DNA from: Octopus sinensis
Taxonomy: Eukaryota
Assembly (NCBI RefSeq): GCF_006345805.1
Contig: NC_043006.1
Location: 24,490,001-24,554,000, forward strand
Direction: 5' to 3'
Length of the DNA stretch: 64,000 bases
The position numbers and the translations under genes are program-made. The notes under the pieces were generated by a model that saw nothing but the letters and a program-made list of their open reading frames with translations, did not search any database and had not been told where the DNA came from. Of this stretch, positions 38,695-51,306 are shown in pieces. Each line of letters starts with the position of its first letter. Position 1 is the stretch's first letter.

Positions 38695-40200
38695 TACACA
38701 ATAGTGTGTATACTATTTGAGTTAGTTGTAAAGTACCTTCCAAAAACTTTTTCCACTTACTGATGTCAGTGATCAGCAATTACATTATTTTTAGGAATCC
38801 TTTCACAAATTCATAAACATGAAACTAGAAAGTAAACTTTAATGAGGGTTTGGCTTTTTTCGACATCCCCAAACTTGTCAAGTCTTTATACACGTAATTG
38901 AAAAGTCATTTCTCAATGGTTCACTGTTTCTTGTGTATTTCAAATTAAATTGTAAAAGTAGTGGTTTTAAATTACATAACTACAAGACAAATATTACTCA
39001 TTCAATACTGAACATATGGATAAATAACAAAATTCAACTTCAGTCTTTTGTTATGATAAATATGCATATTCCAAATATTTGTCATTTTTAATTGATATCA
39101 GCATTCAGCTAAGCCCTGAATTTTAGCAAACTCACGGTAAATATTTTAACATACAAAAACCTCAATAATATGTATCTAAGTTATAAAAAAATAATAATTT
39201 CCACAAATAATGGACGTTATCACAATTCGACCCTGAGGCACCCGACAGTGCAAGGCCAGTGGTCCATTTTCCATTTAAGTGGGCACTGTTTCTTTCCACT
39301 TACAAGGAAGAATAAGCAACAGTAAAAAAAAAACCACCTGCTCATGAGAATTATGAAGCTTATGTAAACTTAGCATAGCTCCTCACCCTGTACATGATGC
39401 GCCATACACAAATAAGCATAACTACAGAATTTGTATGTATGCGTGTAAAAGATTAATCAATACACGGTTTCTCCCCAGTATTTTATTTATTATAAAAGTT
39501 TTACTTAATACACGCGCTTCTTTAGTCAGTTCTTTTTAAGCTGTTAACTTTGTTTGTTATCATGAAATCGTTATTAAATCGGTAAAAATGGTAGAGAGCC
39601 AAACTTATTTTTGATCCCACCTCTCTATCGCCATTATATGTGCAAATCCGACAAGAGTTCATTCACTTGGCCTTTCATCCTTCAAAATGTCGATAAGTAC
39701 TAATAACGTATATGAATCATTGATTCAGCTATATCTCTCACCAACGTTATATCTATGGCACTATAGAAATAGAGAAACGATGAGGTAGGATCCCTGCTAG
39801 TGGAATTTTATAGTTCAGATTTGATTCCGGTTGAAGCTAAGTAGCTTCATTACCACCCCTTCTAAAGAAGAGCCCCATACGAGCGCTTGTGCCTTTATAG
39901 GAAACTAATACTTACGTTGAATAAAAGACGCTTTGGTGATGGTGGGACACAGATAATGATGAATTTATTACACCACAGGAGGAAGTATAAATATATTATA
40001 CATGACTATAAAATAATTAGCAACCCAGTATTAATTATATAAGTATATATTTATAAAAGCAGCCCCTCCTTTTTTTTTTCACAGCAGGAATGAACTTCAC
40101 CACGGACTAACAGAAAACTGAATTTTTCTTTCATTTTTTAAATATTATTCTTGAATAGAATTTGAATCTTCCACTAAACTATATTCTTGATAGGTTACTG

Positions 40201-40237
<37 letters not shown>

Positions 40238-40539
40238 GTGTATATATATACATATATACACAATATATAAAGAAAAAAAAATATTAAAAAGTGAGCACAT
40301 GTAAACGTGATGAGAGAAGGGAATAGTTAGAGTATATATAGTGACACCTTTTTTTTTTTCCCCTGCTTTTTGGAATCAAAAATTGTTTGGGACAATGTTC
40401 AGCAGGTTAGTCACGTGAAATTAAATAGGAAATCTTAAAAAGTCAACAGACAGACATTTAACCTAAAGAGAAAACGAACTTGCAATTTATAAAAAAAAAA
40501 ATGTAAGCGATGAGTCTTATCTGGAAAATAGATCAAGAC

Positions 40540-41030
40540 AAATCGCAGTGTGTAAACACGCGCGCGCGCGCATACACACGGCATTCTTTTTTCTAGCTTT
40601 CTCGTTCCCTTTTCCTCTCTTTTCATTTAATTCATCATCAGTTATTTTATACAGGGACGGAATCTTACCTTTTTTTCTTTTAAATCTCATCATTCTAGAG
40701 CCGACAGTGCCCGCGTATTAAAAATTACGGAATCGGTTACACAATATCCAGTGTAACTGTGTCAACGAGGAGGGATCCCCATAGTTGCGAGAAATTTTAA
40801 GCAGCTACAATAAGAAAATATATCCAGAAAGCCTACTTACTGCACGCGTACCCGACGTAGGCGCAGACAGAGACATACAAACACTCACAACGCGACACAC
40901 ATTTATGAGTAAACTTTCATTGAAAGCTATTCGCTTTCTGAAATCGCTGTACGACGGATGCCTGTCAATCTCCAGTTGAAAACCACACCCACTTATACTG
41001 ATTGGTCAGATGCTGTCATGTGATGTGGTG
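40540..41030 (-). promoter_or_regulatory. CpG-rich promoter-like region with CCAAT box and candidate first-exon donors
   Basis: Local CpG excess including (CG)5; attgg at 41001-41005; minus-strand donors gtaagt (exon end 40841) and gtaaga (40669). Confidence 0.5.
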
Positions 41031-41949
41031 GAACCCTATAAACACGATTGCTGTCACTCGTTCACACACACAAAATAAACAACCAGCCTTGTCAGATATT
41101 TTCAATGTTTGTTGTTTTGTCATCTTTAACAGCAGGTGTAGCGAGCACTTCTGTTATAAGAGTTCATTAGGAATAGACAAGTTTTCGTCATACCGTCCAT
41201 ATGTAACTTATCACATTTCTTTTTACCTTCCTCCCCTTCTCTCTCTCTCTGCTATTCAGTTTATCTCCATATCTCTCTAACTTCCCCTCTTAAGCAACTT
41301 TGTGACTGTCACATTTTTTATGTTCAGAGCGAGATCAAAGTGAAAATATCACAGAGTTGTGACTCCGCAATACCATATCAACAGGTTACAATAATAAGGG
41401 GGAATCTAAGTGAGCAGATATGGAGACAATAATTCAAATAGATAGTTCTACAGAAGAACCTTTCGAAGTTAAACAAATAGCGGCTTTGTCTCATTCTCAG
41501 AGTTATTTAATGGATAGCATTTTGCTCACAGAGCGACTTACTAGAAATAACAGCCAAATCTCAAACCTATGGGTCTGTACGATTAGCGCTATCCAGTAAT
41601 TTGTTAAATTTGCGACTTGGGTTATTTGCAACGTGTGCAAACACGCTAAGTATAACATTTTCAATAAACTGATCAAGTAGCGATGACAACCTACCATCGA
41701 TGGTGTCCCTTCGACAACTTTTTGTACCTGTTTCTAGTTGTCTTACAATGGATCTTGAACCATATGTTAATCTTTGATGACGCAAACATTAGCAACAAAC
41801 AAACTTTTTATTGCTTGGCAGAGGGGATTCATCAAACTGAATTACTTGTGCAGATCATTCAGCATACGCTAAATGTTCATTCGTTGTCTTCAATGGGAGA
41901 GATTATCATATATGCACATATTTATGTATATATAAACATATACATGGAA

Positions 41950-42047
41950 TCAATGAGATTGAGAGAATTTCGATATAGAAAGCAGGGTATAGAATGGTTC
42001 CTCTAAGGCTGCTGTTCGCCGAGTGTCCGAGGCGGCCAGTACGTTCA
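41950..42047 (-). other. Candidate exon in a GC-rich patch
   Basis: Strong acceptor ctaattttttcgcag|; frame VNVLAASDTRRTAALEEPFY...SH*. Confidence 0.25.
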
Positions 42048-42443
42048 CTGCGAAAAAATTAGAGTACTCAGAGCAAGCCCCACCGGCTTCCATACGAAAA
42101 GCATGTAATGATGGATATATATGAAATATATATATAACAGAGATGACACTGAAAGAAACCAAATGTTATGCAATGAACTTCCTTAGTTTACAACTGTTTC
42201 TTATATAAAATGTGGTGGATAACATCTTATAGCTTCATCAGAGCCTTGAATTTGAAGTGCTCTTTATTTGGGAAAGTTACATTTTCAGAACATACGGGGA
42301 ATACAAGTGAGCAGATATGGAGACACTAGTTCAAAATAGACAGATGAAGACCTTTGGGTTTAAATGCACAAAATATATATACATGTAAAAAGAGAAGGCG
42401 GACTTAAAATTTTCAGATGATAAGCAACCAAATATATACATAT

Positions 42444-44493
42444 ATCATCATCATCGTTTAACGTCCGCTTTCCATGCTAGCATGGGTTGGACGGTTCAAC
42501 TGGGGTCTGGGGAGCCCGAAGGCTGCACCAGGCCAGTCAGATCTGGCAGTGTTTCTACAGCTGGATGCCCTTCCTAACGCCAACCACTCCGAGAGTGTAG
42601 TGGGTGATTTTATGTGCCACCGACACAGGTGCCAGACGAGGCTGGCGAACGGCCACGCTCGGATGGTGCTTTTATGTGCCATCGACACAGGTGCCAGACG
42701 AGGCTGGCAGACGGCCACGCTCGGATGGTGTTTTTATGTGCCACCGACACAGGTGCCAGACGAGGCTGGCAGACGGCCACGCTCGGATGGTGTTTTTATG
42801 TGCCACCGACACAGGTGCCAGACGAGGCTGGCAGACGGCCACGCTCGGACGGTGTTTGTTACGTGCCCACAGCACGGAGGCCAGTCGATGCGGTACTGGC
42901 TACAGTCCCGTTCGGATGGTTCTCTTATGTGCCACCGGCACTGGTACCACAAGGATACAAATTCCATTGATGTTCATCTATTTTGATTTGGTTTGACTTG
43001 ATTCGATTTGACTTGCCTCAACAGGTCTTCACAAGTGTCACAAGCAGGAAGGTATGCACAGGCGGACTGACTACGTCCCAGGTAGGGGCCACGGGTTATG
43101 GCTTCACTAGTCTTGCCGGGTCTTCTCACGCACAGCATACTTCCATAGGTCTCGGTCTCTGGTCATTTCCATGGTGAGACCTAATGTTCGAAGGTCGTGC
43201 TTCACCACCTCGTCCCAGGTTTTCCTGGGTCTACCTCTTCCACGAGTTCCCTCAACTGCTAGGGATTGGCACTTTCTCACACACCTATCTTCATCCATTC
43301 TCGCCACATGACCATACAATCGCAATCGTCTCTCTTGCACGCAACAACTGATGCTTCTTAGGTACAACATTTCTCTTAGGGAACTAACACTGTCGAGTAA
43401 GTACACTGACATTACACATCAATCGGAGCATACTGGCTTCATTCCTCATGAGCTTACGCATGTCCTCAGCAGTCATGGCCCATGTTTCACTGCCATGTAG
43501 CATGGCAGTTCGAACATGCCCTTTACTCTGAGCGAGAGGCCTTTAGTCACCAGCAGAGGTAAGAGCTCCCTAAACTTTGCCCAGGCTATTCTTATTCTAG
43601 CAGTTACACTCTCAGCGCACCCGCCCCCACTACTGACTTGGTCACCTAGATAACGGAAGCTATCAACTACTTCTAACTTTTTCCCCTGGAAAGTGACGGA
43701 AGTTGTTTTCTGCAGATTTTCGGAGGTCAATGCTCTCGAGCATCTGCCACATATAAAGACTGTCTTCCCAGTTAGCCTACCTTTGACATTGCTGCACCTC
43801 TTATGTGTCCATAGCTTACACTGGGTACATCTTATAGAGTTTCTACCTACACCTTTTCTACAGATCGAGCAGGGCCATCTTCCTGAGGACATTTGTGGAT
43901 TGCCTACCTTTCTACTTATTAGTACTTTGGTTTTAGCTAGGTTGACTCTAAGGCCCCTCGATTCTAAACCCTCCTTCCACACCTGGAACTTCTCCTCCAG
44001 TTCTGATAGTGACTCAGCAATTAGAGCGAGGTCGTCAGCATAGAGGAGCTCCCAGGGGCAACCTGTCTTGAATCCCTCTGTTATTGCCTGGAGGACTATG
44101 ATAAATAGGAGGGGGCTGAGTACTGAACCCTGGTGGACCCCAACCTCTACTTTGAATTCTTCTGTGTACATGTTGCCAACCCTAACCTTGCTTACGGCAT
44201 CTCTGTACATGGCTTGTACAGCCCTCACCAGCCATTCATCTATCCCTAATTTCCTCATTGACCACCAGATGAGGGATCGGGGGACCCTATCAAAGGCTTT
44301 CTCCATGTCAACGAAAGCCAGGTACAGGGGCCTATCTTTGGCTAGGTATTTCTCCTGCAGCTGCCTTACCAGGAATATAGCATCAGTGGTGCTTTTCCCT
44401 GGCACAAACCCAAACTGCATCTCATCTAAACTAACTCTCTCTCTAATTAGTTGGGCTATGACCCTCTCCGTAACCTTCATTACCTGATCCAAC
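42444..44493 (-). mobile_element. Young 5'-truncated RTE LINE (RT, C-terminus, repeat-rich 3' UTR)
   Basis: QFGFVPGKSTTDAIF, AFVDMEKAFDRV, GVHQGSVLSPLLF, LLYADDLAL, FRYLG; one frameshift near 43515; four 62-bp UTR repeats; (ATG)n tail. Confidence 0.97.
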
Positions 44494-44633
44494 ATACATA
44501 CATATATATATATACATACATACATATATATATATACATATACATATATATATATATACATACACATAAATGAATATATACATAAAGTCATCGTAATTGT
44601 TATAATGTCTTGTTATTGAGAGAGGCTCTCTTT

Positions 44634-44715
44634 CTTTCCTGATGAGAAGATTGCATTTTACACCGTTTATTCCTTTGGAAGAAAACCATGTTGTCTTTGA
44701 AACATATGTCGAAAG
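44634..44715 (+). ncRNA. Type I hammerhead ribozyme with long stem II loop (probable PLE terminal-repeat remnant)
   Basis: ctttc-CTGATGA-gaaga...tcttt-GAAA-catatg-TC-gaaag: stem I, core, stem II, palindromic stem III and GUC site all present. Confidence 0.75.
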
Positions 44716-44938
44716 TAAAAGAATTTTATTAACATCTTCGTTCAACTCCATTTATTTATTTATTCATTTATAACACACAAATTACTGCACAGTAACCCGG
44801 TGGTTCTACCTTAGGATAGGTCACTTCAACCGTGTTTGTGACGTGAATTTTGCTACCCTGGTAACGGTTTATTGAATTTTCCATGTTAACGGTAAACATA
44901 GGATAATTCATTCATCCATTGAAATATATATATACATA

Positions 44939-45330
44939 GGCGCAGGAGTGGCTGTGTGGTAAGTAGCTTGTTTACCAACCACATGGTTCTGGGTTCAGTC
45001 CCACTGCGTGGCACCTTGGGCAAGTGTCTTCTACTATAGCCTCGGGCCAACCAAAGCCTTGTGAGTGGATTTGGTAGACGGAAACTGAAATAAGCCCGTC
45101 GTATATATGTATGTATATATATATATGTATATGCGTGTCTGTGTTTGTCCCCCCAGCATTGCTTGACAACCGATGCTGGTGTGTTTATGTCCCCGTTACT
45201 TAGCGGTTCGGCAAAAGAGATCGATAGAATAAGTACTGGGCTTACAAAAGAATAAGTCCCGGGGTCGAGTTGCTCGATTAAAAGGCGGTGCTCCAGCATG
45301 GCCGCAGTCAAATGACTGAAACAAGGTAAA
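44939..45330 (+). mobile_element. Full-length young tRNA-derived SINE
   Basis: A-box-like tggctgtgtggt, B-box-like ggttcagtcc, internal (TA)n, tail ggcggtgctccagcatggccgcagtc. Confidence 0.95.
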
Positions 45331-45362
45331 AAAATTTTTTTTAAATATATATATATATATAT

Positions 45363-46110
45363 AACTATGCGAACCTGTTCGTTGGCTATATTGAGGTCCA
45401 AATATTCTCTAGTTTCACTGGTCCCACTCCCGAACTATATGGTCGTTATATTGACGACTGTATCAGTGCCACCTCACTCTCCCGCAAACATCTAGACTCC
45501 TTCCTCTCCTTCGTTAAATCCTTCCATCCTGCCCTCCACTTCACCTCCACTATCTCCAACACCTCTGTCTCCTTCCTCGACATTTTGGTCAGCATTCATC
45601 ACTCCACTCTTACCACCTCCATTTACTACAAACACACAGACTCACACTCATACCTAAACTTCTCCTCCTCCCACCCCAAACACACCAAGCTTTCCATCCC
45701 CTATTCCTCCGTCTACGCAGGCTCTGTAGTGACGACCATAACTTTGAGACTCAGTCTCAACTCATGGCTTGCCACTTCATACTACGTGGATACTCTCTCA
45801 CCACTATCCGCACCGCCCTTGCCAGAGCACGTTCCATAGACCGTGCATCTGCTCTCTCCCCCCGAACCCGCTCTGCAGTCTCCCGCCTCCATTTTCCCCT
45901 CACTTAACACCCCACCACCCTACCTCTCCAACACACCATTCTTCGAGCTTTCCGGCATCTCCAGTCCAACGCGTCCACTTCACACATCTTCCCTAACTGA
46001 CCCCTCCCATCCTTCAAACGAGCCCATAACCTACGAGACCTCTTGGTCCACAGCTTCTTCCCCAACCCTACCTCCCAGCCTGGCTCGCTCCCCTGCTCTC
46101 GCCCTGCACC
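45363..46110 (+). mobile_element. Penelope-like element RT and thumb fragment
   Basis: NYANLFVGYIE...GRYIDDC...FHPALHFT...VSFLDI...SIYYKHTDSHSYLNFSSSHP...SIPYS. Confidence 0.92.
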
Positions 46111-46355
46111 GTGAACAGGGATTAATCTTCTCTCTTCGCTCTTTTAAGCCCTTTGGGCTCAACCCTCCCCTCCTTTTCATCTAACCTCCTCCCCGACTCT
46201 TACTTCTCTTCACTCCTACATCGTTTCATCCCTACTCTCTTTCCCTCTTCTCTCTTCTCTCTTCTCTCTGCTCCCTCACTCTCCTTCTCTCCCCCTCCCT
46301 CCTCACATACCCACTTACTACTCCCTTATAGCCATTAGCAGTACCAACAATGTGC

Positions 46356-46865
46356 AATTACCCAGAAACTATTGGTCTGCTGGTACTACTAATAGCTAGT
46401 AGGCTTACTTACAGTATATCTCAGACACACATCATGTGTCAATAACCAGCTGGAAAAGATGTTTTCCTGGGGTTAAAAAGCAGTAACATAGTCATATGCA
46501 GGACTGCCACTTTATGTTAGCATACAAACTTTACTATACAGTACTATTATTACATAGATCTCATTTAGAGATTTAAAACTAGTAGTCTTTCTCCTTACAA
46601 GATCAGCGACTGTCTGTTGCTTCTATATTTATATACTCTGAGTAATGTCAAGTGGCTGTTGTCTAGAACTGATGACACGAAATTACCCAGAAACCATTGG
46701 TCTGTTGGCACAACTAATGGCTAGAAGAGAGTAGTACGCTCCCTTACAATATATCTCAGACACAGATCATGTGTCAATAATCAGCTGGAAAAGATGTTTT
46801 CCTGGTGTTAAAAAGTAGTAACACAGTCCTACACAGGACTGCCACTTTATGTTGGCAAGTAAACT
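46356..46865. repeat. Local direct duplication (~180 bp, offset 325-335 bp)
   Basis: aattacccagaaac...tatctcagacaca...ctggaaaagatgttttcctgg...ggactgccactttatgtt occurs twice. Confidence 0.9.
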
Positions 46866-46879
46866 TTATTTTGTGTATA

Positions 46880-47460
46880 TAGGTATGGCTGTGTAGTAAG
46901 AAGTTTGCTTCCCAACTGCATGGTTCTGGGATCAGTCCCACTATTTGGCACTTTGAGAGAGTGTCTTCTACTATAGCCACAGCCAAACAAATCCTTGAGT
47001 GGTTTTCGAAGATAGAAACTAAAAAAAGTCGTTTGTTTTTGTGTGTGTATGTGTGCGTATCTATCTATATATGGGCATGGCTGTGTGGTTAGGGAGCTTG
47101 CTTCCTAGCTATGTGGTTTCGGGTTCAGTTCCACTGCGTGGCACTTTGGGCAGGTGTCTTCTGCTATAACCCCGAGCTGACCGAAGCTTTGATTGAATTC
47201 GGTAGGCGGAAGTTACTGCCGTGTATGTATATGTGCGTGTAGGTGCTTGTGTCTCTCCGAAAGAGAGAGAGAGGGAAGTCTGTTTGCCCCCCCCATCCCT
47301 GTTTAACAACTAGTATTAATGTGTTATAACCAGTAACTTAGCAGTCCAGCAAAAGAGAGAGAGATAGAATACTAGGCTTAAGAAATAAGTCTTGAGGGCA
47401 ATTTGTTCATCTAATACCCTTCAAGGTGGTGCTCCAGCATGGCTACAGTGAAAATGACTG
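46880..47460 (+). mobile_element. Two degenerate SINE copies
   Basis: Two tRNA-like heads (46880 and 47075) and one tail. Confidence 0.8.
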
Positions 47461-47636
47461 AAAAAATAGAAGATTGCTAAATCCACAAGTTTTTTTAATC
47501 TCTCTCTACTCCCTCTTATTCCTTTCTGTTGAAAAACGCTGACTCAAAACAAAAGAGTTTCTCACTTTCCCAAGCATCATACTAATACACCAGCTTGTTG
47601 CCCATACACCTATCTTCGTCTTTTCTTTTCCTGATA

Positions 47637-47686
<50 letters not shown>

Positions 47687-47923
47687 TATATACACAGACA
47701 TACATATGTAAAGAGGAGGGACATACTATCCAAGCAGATATCAAATCTTTGGGTGAAAAACTAAGGCTAGTTCCTTCAGATAGTATATCTTTTGGCAAAC
47801 TACCTTTAGCTCCCATTTGATGTTACAGTTTATTTCTTGGCTACTTAGAGGGTAAAGTACAATATTGATAAGGAGAATGAAGAATTTGAACATTCAAACT
47901 TTATGTTTATTTCCAATAAGGTT

Positions 47924-48211
47924 ATCTTTATATATAAAACTGAAGTTGTGTGTGTGTCTGTCTCCTCCGATTTAGATTCCAAACTACTCCCACATTTTGC
48001 AGTGCAGTTTAACCAAAAGCGGGTATCTTATAGTCGTGATTCATATCAAACCCTTCTGCATGAGTCTACGATTTAAAAAAAAAATTTACCATCATTTTTT
48101 CGCATTTTTAATGCATTTTTTGCTCGGTTTATATAAGGGAAGTAACTCTCTAAAAATGCTTATATAGTTATTTCCCTTACAAACCCGAGCAACGCCAGGC
48201 GATACTGCTAG
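47924..48211 (+). mobile_element. Non-autonomous Helitron
   Basis: a|TC-ttttatatataaaactg ... aacccgagcaacgccaggcgatactgCTAG|t. Confidence 0.85.
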
Positions 48212-48550
48212 TTCATAATAATTATCTGCCACGTTTCAATCACACTAACTGCATAACTGTTGCATATTTATGCATTATTAGTACAGTCTCTTCAAGGTGT
48301 GTATGACACTGTTTGAAGAGGAATTTTTCTCTGCTATTAGTTTGAATTAGGCTTGGCAGTAGTAGTAGTAAGTATTATTGAGTGTGTAGGGTTGGATAGA
48401 GATATAAGATAGTAAAAGAGGGTGAGGAATGGGACGAAAGTGAGAGAGAGTGCATGTGTGTGTGTCTGCCTTTGTATCTGAAAGGAGTGTCAATGGAAAA
48501 GAGAAGGAAAGGAAGAAGGAAGAGAGAAAGAAGAAAAAAAATGTGCTTAC

Positions 48551-48610
48551 TTTCATACGGCTGGTCAGTTCTTTCAATAGAAAGTGATTCTTCTATGATG
48601 AGATATTTTT
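48551..48610 (-). CDS. Candidate exon (EKYLIIEESLSIERTDQPYE)
   Basis: Branch-like gctaac, tttag acceptor, gtaagc donor; one open frame. Confidence 0.3.
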
Positions 48611-49374
48611 CTAAACGCATTGTTAGCACAAAATTCAGTAGCAGCAGTAGTATTTGTTGAAATTAGCAAATATTCTTGGCTAGTTGGGGAGTGGGTATTT
48701 ATACAATGCTTATTTTTGATTAATTTTACATACTTTATAGTCATGACATGTTGATAGATTTCAGAACTGATAATATTATTTGAGTTTTTGAGAAGGTTAT
48801 TAATAGTAGTAGTGAATAATTACTAGGCAGTAAGAACCACGTGGTTATTAAAAGAGGTAGTCACCTTTGAAATTGTTTTTAGGTTATATTATATAGTTTA
48901 TAGATAGAGATAATCTTATAAATTGAATTCTATTCTGTTATTCTTTATATGCATCATTATTATTATAGTTATTATAATTATGTTTAGAGGAAGAGGTTTA
49001 TCAAAATTTTATAAATTTAAAAAAAAAAAAACTTTTCTGTACATAAATTGCTGCATATGCACCTGTATTTGTATGTATGCCTATGTGTAAATATTTTTTA
49101 TATTTGTATGTGTGTATGTATACTTATGTGTAGGTATAAGTATATTTATATATATGCATGTGTTTATGTATTTATGTGAATATATGCACATGTATTTCGT
49201 ATATATAAGTATATAGTTTTTTATACATGTATTTTTATATGTATGTGTATGTATGAGTTGCTTATATTAAAAGAAACCCATTACTTTTTTATTAATATCT
49301 ACAAGCTTTCTCAACCCATTGGTTCAAAAAATTTTAAAACAAACTTATATTTATATTATTTACACACGTTACTC

Positions 49375-49795
49375 TCTTTTACTTGTTTCAGTCATTTGAC
49401 TGTGGCCAGGCTGGAGCACCGCCTTTAGTCGAGCAAGTCGACCCCACAACTTATTCTTTGTAGACCTAGTACTTATTCTATCAGTCTATTTTGCCGAACC
49501 GCTAAGTTACGGGGATGTAAACACACCAGCATCGGTTGTCAAGCGATGTTGGGGGAACAAACAGACACACAAACATATACACATGCATACATACATATAT
49601 ATATGTATATATATATACACACACATATACAACAGGTTTCTTCCAGTTTCCGTCTACCAAATACACTCACAAGGCTTTGGTTGGCCCAAAGCTATAGTAG
49701 AAGACACTTCCCCAAGGTGCCATGCAGTGGGACTGAACCCGGAACCATGTGGTTGATAAGCAAGCTACTTACCAAACAGCCACTCCTACGCCTAT
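49375..49795 (-). mobile_element. tRNA-derived SINE
   Basis: Full-length family match. Confidence 0.93.
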
Positions 49796-50467
49796 AGAAG
49801 TATACATTTATTTACCATTAATAAATTTTCTCTGGACATACATGATGTATTTTTAACTTAAAATTTCGTTTTGACTCAATGTCTTCCTTGATTTTATACA
49901 ACACAATATTTATGCAATTTTCTTTTTCTTTTTATCTCTATTTGTATATTTACTCTCAACTTGCATACTTCTGACAGACTGTTATTGGAAACAGCCAATC
50001 AATTTCTAATGTGTAACTGTCAATGTGAATCATGTCAAAATATAAATTATATGTATAACCTTGATAGCAGTTTTTTGTGATATTCTTGTGATGTTTTTGC
50101 TGATTAATAATAAAGCATATTACTCAAACACTGGTATTTTTCCCCCTCCTGGTTTCACATATATGTGTTCACTCAGGTATAAATGTGTATATATATATAT
50201 ATATATATATAAGTATAAATATATACATATACACACACACACACACACATACATACATAATCTGCTACTTTTCTTTACATGAACCAAGAAGAACAGTTGT
50301 TATTTTAACAAATTCTCTCTACTTATCATCCAAAGAGACACATCTAGACCAAGGAATGTTCCTAAACTAGTTGTAAAGTATCCCACCCGTAAGGGACTGA
50401 TGCTAGATGGGCTGAATCAATTGTAATGATTAACAAATATTCTCGTATCTTCCGTCTCTCTCATTAA

Positions 50468-50633
50468 CCATGCCCAAGGTGCCACGCAGTGGGACTGAAC
50501 CCGGAGCCATGTCGTTGGTAAGCAAAGCTACTTACCACACACCCACTCCTGCACCGATATATATATATATACATAAAAACAACAAATACATACCTATACA
50601 TATATAAATATACACATACATATATATGTTGAT

Positions 50634-50680
<47 letters not shown>

Positions 50681-50761
50681 CACATATAGGTACATACATA
50701 CATATATATACACACACACACACATATATATACACATATAGGTACATACATACATATATAT

Positions 50762-50792
<31 letters not shown>

Positions 50793-50951
50793 CATATAGG
50801 TACATACATATATATACACACATATATATATACATATAGGTACATACATACACACACATATATATATATATATACATATAGGTACATACATACATACATA
50901 CACACACACACATATATATATATATACATATAGGTACATACATACATACAT

Positions 50952-50982
<31 letters not shown>

Positions 50983-50988
50983 GGTACA

Positions 50989-51051
<63 letters not shown>
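50468..51051 (-). mobile_element. SINE 5' part followed by a long TA/CA/TACA microsatellite
   Basis: tgcccaaggtgccacgcagtgggactgaaccc...cactcctgcacc, then simple repeats. Confidence 0.85.
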
Positions 51052-51054
<3 letters not shown>

Positions 51055-51261
51055 GATAAATATCAAAGTGAGTTATATACAGTAGTGGTAACACATTGTG
51101 ACGTATATTTGCCATTTCAATATGGCTACCCCTAAGGGTGGATGCTACTGTAGTTTTTAGCCCCAGGAGGACACACTCCTCCAGCTGGCCATAGACACAC
51201 TTTCTGTGTCCTGTCAGTATTTGCAAAGGGAAGTCATCCTTCCTGTCTTCAACTTATGATA

Positions 51262-51306
51262 CACACGGACTTGAGTTTCGAGGTATTGACCTCTCGTCAG
51301 CGTGTG
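51262..51306 (-). ncRNA. Minimal type I hammerhead ribozyme (stem III loop TCAA)
   Basis: Reverse complement reads cacacg-CTGACGA-gagg-tcaata-cctc-GAAA-c-tcaa-g-TC-cgtgtg. Confidence 0.85.

Noticed and set aside
46665-46690. CTGATGA-cac-GAAA
   Set aside because: No stem II or stem I, and absent from the duplicated partner copy.
48288-48320. ctcttcaa...ttgaagag short hairpin
   Set aside because: An 8-bp stem with an imperfect interior is within chance and too short for a pre-miRNA.
50464-51226. Long ORFs (160-226 aa) rich in Y/I/C/V/M/H/T, also at 11737, 21110, 26767 and 52609
   Set aside because: These are translations of TA/TG/CA microsatellites, not genes.
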